Positions 57,465 through 64,000 of a stretch of DNA of 64,000 bases are shown piece by piece. The notes below the pieces were generated by a model. It was not told where the DNA came from. It ran no database searches and saw nothing but the letters and a program-made list of their open reading frames with translations. The stretch's first letter is position 1. Every line of letters starts with the position of its first letter. Source of the DNA: Candidatus Omnitrophota bacterium (GTDB taxonomy: Bacteria > Omnitrophota > Gorgyraeia > Zapsychrales > Zapsychraceae); assembly GCA_015233195.1 (NCBI GenBank), contig JADFYE010000005.1, positions 12,122-76,121 on the forward strand, given 5' to 3'. The position numbers and the translations under genes are program-made.

Positions 57465-57671
57465 TTATTTTTTACCTTTAGCGAACTTCTTCTGGAATTT
57501 CTCAATACGACCTGCAGTATCAAGCAACTTCTTTTCCCCGGTGAAGAACGGATGGCAATTTGCACAAATCTCAACACGAATGCTGGGTTTCGTCGAATGA
57601 ATATGGGCGATGTTCCCGCAAGCGCATGCGATAGTGGTTTCCTTATAATCCGGATGAATTGCACTCTTCAT
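57465..57671 (-). CDS. rpmE: 50S ribosomal protein L31
   Basis: MKSAIHPDYKET...CACGN...CANCHPFFTG. GGAGG lies upstream. Confidence 0.85.
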   Translation of the reverse strand: MKSAIHPDYKETTIACACGNIAHIHSTKPSIRVEICANCHPFFTGEKKLLDTAGRIEKFQKKFAKGKK

Positions 57672-57784
57672 TTTGTACCAACCTCCTATAACTTATGGTA
57701 TTTCTTAAACTATTTACACATTGATTAAATTACTCTTTTAAAGCGCACAAGTATACAATAACTTGTTTTAAATGCCAATACTTT

Positions 57785-59113
57785 TTATTCTCTACTAAGA
57801 TTCGCCAAGAAATCAGCGTTGGTTTTGTATTTACTTAGACGATCAATTAACAATTCCATTGCTTCTGCGGAATTCAGATCATTCATGGCTTTACGCAATA
57901 ACCATGCGCGTTGCAAATCAGCATCCGGCATAAGTTTCTCTTCATGACGAGTATTAGAGCGTTTAATGTCAATTGCAGGATAAATACGACGCTGGAATAA
58001 ATTGCGATCTAATTGTAATTCCATGTTACCCGTACCTTTGAACTCTTCAAAAATAACTTCATCCATACGGCTTCCAGTATCGACTAAGGCTGTAGCGATA
58101 ACCGTTAAACTTCCGCCTTCTTCCAGAGCCCGGGCAGCACCAAAAAAGCGTTTCGGACGATGTAAAGCATTAGCGTCCACACCACCGCTTAATATCTTGC
58201 CGCTATGCGGAACTACCGTGTTATAAGCGCGTGCTAAACGAGTAATACTGTCGAGGAGAATTACAACATCCCGTTTATGTTCAACCAAACGTTTAGCTTT
58301 TTCTAAAACAATTTCCGCGACTTGGACGTGACGATCTGCAGGTTCATCAAAGGTTGAAGCAATTACTTCACCTTTTACACTGCGCTGCATATCAGTAACT
58401 TCTTCCGGACGCTCGTCGATAAGAAGCACCATTAAATGTATTTCCGGATGATTGGTGGTCATGGCATTCGCGATCTTTTGCAATAAAACAGTTTTACCGC
58501 TGTATGGAGGAGCAACTATCAAAGCCCGCTGTCCTTTTCCAACCGGAATCAATAAATCAATTACTCTGGTCGAAACTTCTTTTTGATCATTTTCCAGCTT
58601 AATCCGTTCAAACGGATACAGCGGAGTTAAGTTATCAAAAAATATTTTATCTTTGCAGTCTTCAGGATTCTCAAAATTAACTGCTTCGACTTTAAGTAAA
58701 GCAAAATATTTTTCACCTTCTTTAGGCGGACGGATATGCCCGCTGACTGTATCACCAGTCTTAAGATCAAACCTGCGGATTTGCGACGGAGAAACATAAA
58801 TATCATCCGGACATGGCAGATAATTATAATTCATGCTTCTTAAAAAACCAAAACCTTCAGGCAAGATTTCCAAAGTGCCTTCACCGAACATCATGCCGGC
58901 TTTTTCAGCCTGGGCTTGAAGCACCTTGAATATCAAATCCTGTTTACGGATGCCGCTAACGCCATTTAATCCCAAGCCGCGCGCGAATTCCGTTAACTCC
59001 GACATTTTCATATTTTTGAGTTTAGTAATATCCATTTGATTAGCACCGTCCGGGATAATATCTTTCTCCCGAGCCGGACGCTCCGGTCTTTCTCTGACAG
59101 GTCTTTCAGCCAT
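57785..59113 (-). CDS. rho: Transcription termination factor Rho
   Basis: Has an N-terminal RNA-binding domain, a Walker A motif ([12 protein letters not shown]) and a RecA-like core. The start was taken at MAERPVRER (ATG 59111-59113), which has AGAGGGAG upstream. The longer ORF-track start at 59191 would overlap coaE by 34 nt. Confidence 0.85.
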   Translation of the reverse strand: MAERPVRERPERPAREKDIIPDGANQMDITKLKNMKMSELTEFARGLGLNGVSGIRKQDLIFKVLQAQAEKAGMMFGEGTLEILPEGFGFLRSMNYNYLPCPDDIYVSPSQIRRFDLKTGDTVSGHIRPPKEGEKYFALLKVEAVNFENPEDCKDKIFFDNLTPLYPFERIKLENDQKEVSTRVIDLLIPVGKGQRALIVAPPYSGKTVLLQKIANAMTTNHPEIHLMVLLIDERPEEVTDMQRSVKGEVIASTFDEPADRHVQVAEIVLEKAKRLVEHKRDVVILLDSITRLARAYNTVVPHSGKILSGGVDANALHRPKRFFGAARALEEGGSLTVIATALVDTGSRMDEVIFEEFKGTGNMELQLDRNLFQRRIYPAIDIKRSNTRHEEKLMPDADLQRAWLLRKAMNDLNSAEAMELLIDRLSKYKTNADFLANLSRE

Positions 59114-59157
59114 GCTATTTTCTCCCTCTTTCGATGGTTTTTTATTCTCGTCTTTAA

Positions 59158-59760
59158 CTACACGCTTAACTCTGGTTGTATCTTTTTCCATAATTTTTCT
59201 ACTTGTACTCTCAATTGGTTTAATGTTTTATTATTATCTATTTGAACGTCTGCTCGACGGATTTTTTCCATTAACGGCATTTGAGCTGCTATTCGATTTT
59301 TCGCTTCGAGTTCGGAAAGTCCTAAATTTTTTCCAGAACGTTTGATCTGTTCATTAACCTTTGCGGTAACCACCACAACCAGATCACAAACCTTATCCAA
59401 CTTAGCTTCAAATAAAAGCGGCACATCCAGCACGATAACGCTATTTGTTTTATTTGCAGCTTTAAGCACTGCTCTTATTTCTTGATCCACTACTGGATGA
59501 ACTATTTTTTCCAAAGCCTTTAATTTTTTAGGATCAACGAAAACTATTTTCGCTAATTTTTTACGATCTATACTTCCTGCACTTAATATGCCTTTGCCAA
59601 ATAATTTAACCACTCCTGAAAAACTTTTACCATTCTTAGACAAAGAACGCCGCGCTATCTGGTCAGCATTAAGGTTAATACCTTTAGCTTTATGCGCCAA
59701 CATCGAAGCTACTGTAGATTTTCCAGTACTTAGACTACCTGTGATACCGATAACAAACAT
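59158..59760 (-). CDS. coaE: Dephospho-CoA kinase
   Basis: [17 protein letters not shown] is a P-loop at the N-terminus. 200 aa. Confidence 0.8.
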   Translation of the reverse strand: MFVIGITGSLSTGKSTVASMLAHKAKGINLNADQIARRSLSKNGKSFSGVVKLFGKGILSAGSIDRKKLAKIVFVDPKKLKALEKIVHPVVDQEIRAVLKAANKTNSVIVLDVPLLFEAKLDKVCDLVVVVTAKVNEQIKRSGKNLGLSELEAKNRIAAQMPLMEKIRRADVQIDNNKTLNQLRVQVEKLWKKIQPELSV

Positions 59761-61154
59761 TTATATATCTCTACATATTGTTTAGCTGAACTATCCCAAG
59801 CAAATTCTGAGCGGAAAGCATTCGCCACTAACTTTTCAAAATGTTCCTTTTGATGAAAAAGATCAACTGCCTGACGCAAATTCCAAACAAATGAACCTTT
59901 ATTATTCCGCTCGAACAAGAAACCATTACCTAAGCCTGTTTCCTTATTATAATGAGTCACCGTATCAACCAACCCGCCGGTATAACTTACTAAAGGGATA
60001 GTGCCGTATTTTAACGCTATCATCTGACTTAAACCGCACGGTTCGAACAAAGAAGGCATCAAAAACATATCGCAACCTGCATATATCTTATGTGCCAGAT
60101 CTTCAGCAAACTCAATTGCTACCGCGAATTTATTATTATAACGACCAGCTTCCCACTTCAAACGATTCACCAAATCCTGCTGACCTAAGCCTTGAATTAC
60201 CAGCTGAATATCCATGCTCATCAATTCGTGCAAACTTTGCAAGATCAAATCAAAACCCTTTTGATGAGAAAGACGGCTGACTACCCCAAAAAGCGGAACT
60301 TCAGGTCGCTGCGGTAAATGCAAACGTTGCTGCAACGCTAATTTATTAAGCGCTTTACCTTCCTTATAATTATCAACCGAATATTTATGCTCTAAATATT
60401 TATCTTCAGTCGGATTCCAAACTTGATAATCTAAACCATTCAAAACTCCCATTACCTTCTGACGATTATGCCGCAACACATTATCTAAATTATTACCAAA
60501 TTCTTTAGTCTGGATTTCTTTCGCGTATTGTGGACTTACTGTAGTAATTTCATGCGAACAAATGATGCCGGCTTTCAGCAGATTAATACTTCCGTAGAAC
60601 TCCAATAAATTCGGATGAAACAACTCTGGACCCAAATGCAACTTACCAAAAAAATGTTTTGGAAAAACTCCTTGATAGGCAATATTGTGGATCGTTAAAA
60701 GGGTCTTAGTTTGCGCATAAAATGTATCATAATTATACCAATGTTTCAAGTACACTGGTATTAAAGCGGTTTGCCAGTCATGGCAGTGAATTATATCGAC
60801 GGGGGTTTCAAAATCCCGCAAAGTGTCTAAAACTTTTTGACAAAAATATTGGTAACGATCAAGGTTATCACCGTAATCTCCACGCCCATCCGCGTAAATA
60901 CCATCCCGCATAAAATATTGGTCATGGATTAAAAAATAAACATCAACTTTATCACCTAACGTGGTATGCAAAATATCCGGTCGGATTTTTTCTAACGGTA
61001 AATTCTTATTCGCAACTTCTTTATAAAACGGCATGAATATGCTTACATTATGTCCTAATTTTTCCAAAGCCAAAGGCAAACTGCCGCATACGTCCGCTAA
61101 CCCGCCGGTCTTAGCAAATGGATAAACTTCAGAAGCACAAAAAACAATATTCAT
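59730..61154 (-). CDS. glgA: Glycogen synthase (GT5, ADP/UDP-glucose type)
   Basis: MNIVFCASEVYPFAKTGGLADV and the C-terminal GT-B motifs (MPSLFEPCGLSQM). 474 aa. Confidence 0.85.
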   Translation of the reverse strand: MNIVFCASEVYPFAKTGGLADVCGSLPLALEKLGHNVSIFMPFYKEVANKNLPLEKIRPDILHTTLGDKVDVYFLIHDQYFMRDGIYADGRGDYGDNLDRYQYFCQKVLDTLRDFETPVDIIHCHDWQTALIPVYLKHWYNYDTFYAQTKTLLTIHNIAYQGVFPKHFFGKLHLGPELFHPNLLEFYGSINLLKAGIICSHEITTVSPQYAKEIQTKEFGNNLDNVLRHNRQKVMGVLNGLDYQVWNPTEDKYLEHKYSVDNYKEGKALNKLALQQRLHLPQRPEVPLFGVVSRLSHQKGFDLILQSLHELMSMDIQLVIQGLGQQDLVNRLKWEAGRYNNKFAVAIEFAEDLAHKIYAGCDMFLMPSLFEPCGLSQMIALKYGTIPLVSYTGGLVDTVTHYNKETGLGNGFLFERNNKGSFVWNLRQAVDLFHQKEHFEKLVANAFRSEFAWDSSAKQYVEIYKCLLSVSQVV

Positions 61155-61157
61155 AAT

Positions 61158-63743
61158 TTATTCCATTTCCGCCCAATTTTTTCCTGACTTAACTGTTACG
61201 ACAATCGGCACGGATAATTTTAACGGATTTTCCATAAGCTTTTTTACAAGTTTTTCTACTTCTTCTTTTTCAGATTTAACAACATCAAACACTAACTCGT
61301 CGTGAACTGTAATAATCATTTTAGACTCTAATCCGCGCGCATTCAACTCCTGATAAATTTGTACCATTGCCATTTTTATAAGATCAGCAGCGCTGCCTTG
61401 CACCGGAGTATTGATCGCCTGACGCTGGGCGAATTGACGCATAGAATTATTATCATTGTGGATCTCAGGAATATATCTACGGCGATTTAGTAAAGTGAGC
61501 ACATAACCTTTCTCCTCGCATTCTTTTATAGTTTTATCCATATATTCTTTTACTTTTGGATAAGTAGCAAAATATCGTTCGATAAATTCCTGAGCTTCTT
61601 TATTAGTCACATTAAGATCCCGAGCCAAACCATAGGCGCTCATCCCATAAACTATTCCAAAATTAACTCTTTTCGCAGCATAACGCATTTCCCGGGTCAC
61701 CGAGTCTTGTTCAACCCCAAACATTAATGCTGCAGTGCGCTGATGAATATCTAATCCAGCTTTAAAAGAACGGATCAATTCATCGTCTTGAGATAAATGC
61801 GCTAATATCCTAAGTTCGATCTGAGAATAATCAGCTGCAACTAAAATACGGTCTTTATCAGATGGAATAAATGCTTTACGGATTTCCCGTCCCATTTCAG
61901 TACGAATCGGAATATTCTGCAAATTCGGATTGCGAGAGCTGAACCGTCCGGTTTCTGCTCCAGTTTGAAAAAATTCTCCATGCACCCGTCCAGTAGTATT
62001 ATTCACGAGTTTGGGTAAAGCATCTATGTAAGTTGACTTTAATTTAGCTATCTGACGGTATTCCAATATCAAAGCGGGAAACTCATTATCTTTTGATAAT
62101 TTCTGTAAAACTTCTTCATCAGTCGATAAACCGGTCTTAGTTTTTTTACCTGCCGGTAATTTTAATTTCTCAAATAAAATACGGCTCAATTGTTTAGGCG
62201 AATTTAAATTGAATTCTTCACCAGCTAATTCATATAATTTTTTCTGAAGCACATCAATATTTTTTTCACATTCAACTGAAAAATTATTTAAAAATCCCAC
62301 ATCAATACAAATACCTTCTTTCTCCATATCTGCCAGCACTTCAGCCAAAGGCAGTTCAATAGCATTAAATAATTGCAGCAATGAATGCTGGTCTAACTCT
62401 GATTTAAGTAAAGCATATAATTCAAATATTGCCTGCGCCATGGACGCAAATATATTTTCCCCATCCAACGACCGTTTCAAATATCTAGCAGCTAGCTGGT
62501 CGATAGCTTGAACACTTTGCGTCGGAGATAGCAGATAAGCAGCTAACAAAACATCAAAACATTCGCCTTTCATCTTAAAATTATTAGCGAAACACAGCCG
62601 ATGGAATTTTTTTATATCAAAAAATATTTTAATAACAGACTCGTCTTCTAACATATCAGCCAAAAGTCCAAACCGCTCTACCGGAATATTAAAAACTTTT
62701 TCACCGCCAATAGATATAAATAAATTTTTTACATATGAAACATCTGATCCTTCTTCTGAACTTGATAACAATAAAACAACTTTACCCGCAGCTTTAACTT
62801 TTACAATTAAAGACTGTATCTCACTTTTTCCAGCCAGATCAATAATTTGCATTTTTGATGCAGGATTACTGTTTTCATCTTCACCCACTGCAAAACTTTC
62901 TGCAAATTTCTTAAATTCTAATTCTTTAAATATTGAATAAAGCTCACTTTTATTTGGAGGTTCAACTTTCATGTTCGACATATCAAAATGAAACGGCACT
63001 TCAGTATTTAAAACTGCTAACTTACGACTCAATTCAGCCATATCTTTTTGCGCTAAAAGTTTTTCCCGTAATTTATCACTCTTAACTTCAGTAATTGAGG
63101 AATACACACCATCCAGCGAACCAAACTGAGTTAACAAATTAACTGCAGTAACTTTTCCTACACCATTAACCCCTGGGATATTATCTGAACTATCTCCAGC
63201 AAAACCTATATAATCCGCAATTGCTTCAGGATAAATTCCCATTTTTTCTTTTACTTCTTCCCGGCTAAACATCACTTCCCTGCGCGGACTAAAAACTTTT
63301 ACTTTATCATCCACTAATTGGAACATGTCTTTATCATCTGAAACAATAACCGTTTCAACATTCTGTTGGGATGCTTCTTTAGCCAAAGTAGCTATAATAT
63401 CATCTGCTTCAAATCCAGCTAATTCAAATGACGGAATATTAAAAGCAGCTACTACTTTTTTTATAACTGGTATCTGTTCAATTAACTTTTCAGGCATAGG
63501 CGGGCGCTGGATTTTATAATCAGCAAACAGCTCTTTCCTTAAAGTCTTTTTCTTGGAATCAAAACAGATTGCCATATATTCAGGCTTAAAATCCTTTAAT
63601 ATCTTATTTAAGATATTAACAAACCCAAATACAGCATTAGTCGCCTGACCAGAACTGGTCGCCAATTCCGCGATCGCGTAAAACGAACGGTAACATAAAG
63701 CATGTCCGTCTATCAAATATACTTTTTTTTGTGGTTTACTCAT
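61158..63743 (-). CDS. polA: DNA polymerase I
   Basis: 861 aa with a 5'-3' exonuclease N-terminus, a central 3'-5' exonuclease-like domain, and polymerase motifs A and B (DYSQIELR, RRYAAKRVNFGIVYG). Confidence 0.9.
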   Translation of the reverse strand: MSKPQKKVYLIDGHALCYRSFYAIAELATSSGQATNAVFGFVNILNKILKDFKPEYMAICFDSKKKTLRKELFADYKIQRPPMPEKLIEQIPVIKKVVAAFNIPSFELAGFEADDIIATLAKEASQQNVETVIVSDDKDMFQLVDDKVKVFSPRREVMFSREEVKEKMGIYPEAIADYIGFAGDSSDNIPGVNGVGKVTAVNLLTQFGSLDGVYSSITEVKSDKLREKLLAQKDMAELSRKLAVLNTEVPFHFDMSNMKVEPPNKSELYSIFKELEFKKFAESFAVGEDENSNPASKMQIIDLAGKSEIQSLIVKVKAAGKVVLLLSSSEEGSDVSYVKNLFISIGGEKVFNIPVERFGLLADMLEDESVIKIFFDIKKFHRLCFANNFKMKGECFDVLLAAYLLSPTQSVQAIDQLAARYLKRSLDGENIFASMAQAIFELYALLKSELDQHSLLQLFNAIELPLAEVLADMEKEGICIDVGFLNNFSVECEKNIDVLQKKLYELAGEEFNLNSPKQLSRILFEKLKLPAGKKTKTGLSTDEEVLQKLSKDNEFPALILEYRQIAKLKSTYIDALPKLVNNTTGRVHGEFFQTGAETGRFSSRNPNLQNIPIRTEMGREIRKAFIPSDKDRILVAADYSQIELRILAHLSQDDELIRSFKAGLDIHQRTAALMFGVEQDSVTREMRYAAKRVNFGIVYGMSAYGLARDLNVTNKEAQEFIERYFATYPKVKEYMDKTIKECEEKGYVLTLLNRRRYIPEIHNDNNSMRQFAQRQAINTPVQGSAADLIKMAMVQIYQELNARGLESKMIITVHDELVFDVVKSEKEEVEKLVKKLMENPLKLSVPIVVTVKSGKNWAEME

Positions 63744-63764
63744 GACCTAGCTTGGGAATTAATT

Positions 63765-64000
63765 CTATTTAGATAACGTGGAAAGTAGATCCTCTAACTC
63801 TTTCTTTGCTGAATCCGGATCACCTGACTCTAATTTTTTGACTGCCTGTTCTGAGTATGCTTGCACGGTTTGATTTGCTTTGGCTGCCTCAGCCTGCTTT
63901 AATTGCTGGCTGCTTTTTGTATCACTGGGAATAAGTTTTAGAGCCCACGTGAACTCATCAATCGCTTTTTTATAATCTTCCTGCTCCAACGCTTTTTTAC
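63765..64000 (-). CDS. Hypothetical helical protein, possibly partial (the frame stays open to the window end)
   Basis: The ORF-track start at 63989 is a TTG. The reading frame continues upstream as ...KKALEQEDYKK, so the real start may lie beyond the window. Confidence 0.35.
   Translation of the reverse strand, partial: KKALEQEDYKKAIDEFTWALKLIPSDTKSSQQLKQAEAAKANQTVQAYSEQAVKKLESGDPDSAKKELEDLLSTLSK

Noticed and set aside
57449-57664. Second 71-aa minus-strand ORF overlapping rpmE in another frame
   Set aside because: The rpmE frame gives a canonical L31 sequence. The alternative frame has no features.
57672-57784. Small hairpin ACAAGT-atacaata-ACTTGT between rho and rpmE as a terminator
   Set aside because: The stem is only 6 bp with no following U-run on the relevant strand. 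The region more likely serves simply as the rpmE promoter and ribosome-binding site (GGAGG present).
1-64000. CRISPR arrays, tRNA/rRNA genes, transposases or integrases
   Set aside because: No tandem direct-repeat/spacer structure was found. No tRNA-like T-arm (GTTCGAATC-type) context occurs outside coding sequence. No protein with transposase or integrase motifs was seen. The restriction-modification island has no flanking mobility gene in this window.

Overview
AT-rich bacterial chromosomal segment. The ADP-heptose epimerase gene hldD, lipoproteins and many signal peptides indicate a Gram-negative-type envelope. About 66 protein genes are called and all but one (rpmB) lie on the minus strand. 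No tRNA, rRNA, CRISPR array or obvious transposase was seen.

Gene content in window order:
- 1-3857: an operon resembling the DHAP shunt for 5'-methylthioadenosine (MTA) / 5'-deoxyadenosine salvage. It holds a DeoD-type nucleoside/MTA phosphorylase, an MtnA-like isomerase, a truncated eIF-2B-family paralog and a class II aldolase fused to an SCP2 domain, with a partial aldehyde dehydrogenase at the window edge.
- 3958-5451: an acyl-CoA synthetase.
- 5760-12373: a six-subunit Ech-type group 4 [NiFe] hydrogenase operon (echABCDEF) followed by hypA and an unusual fusion of a HypC domain to a radical SAM (HydE/BioB-like) domain.
- 12555-18054: PadR, a short pyruvate kinase, a lipoprotein, a CBS-pair protein, a coiled-coil protein, hldD and a second lipoprotein.
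- 18132-24164: a glycogen cluster (malQ, a GH57 enzyme, glgB).
- 24286-30613: a response regulator with an EAL domain, folA, thyA, prmA, a PAS-GGDEF cyclase and gpmI.
- 30751-33351: a small island with a type II restriction-modification pair (m5C methyltransferase plus a PD-(D/E)xK endonuclease), a MazG-like NTP pyrophosphohydrolase and a 62-aa protein.
- 33509-63743: housekeeping genes fba, a NUDIX hydrolase, pepF, rpmB, recJ, argS, rsfS, M16/M48/M20 peptidases, a DAHP synthase, trpF, trpC, murA, prmC, prfA, rpmE, rho, coaE, glgA and polA.

The most unusual non-coding feature is a GC-rich structured RNA of about 270 nt on the minus strand (about 51915-52184). Its 5' part matches the c-di-GMP-I (GEMM) riboswitch aptamer: GCAAACC, a GAAA-capped hairpin, GGACGCAAAAC, then a CCUAAG receptor-like motif. 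Its two ends are joined by a perfect 10-bp helix immediately followed by a U-run.

Other non-coding observations are a strong sigma70-like rpmB promoter, a bidirectional rpmB/recJ terminator, a long hairpin 16 nt before the argS start codon, and an inverted-repeat pair flanking the ech promoter.
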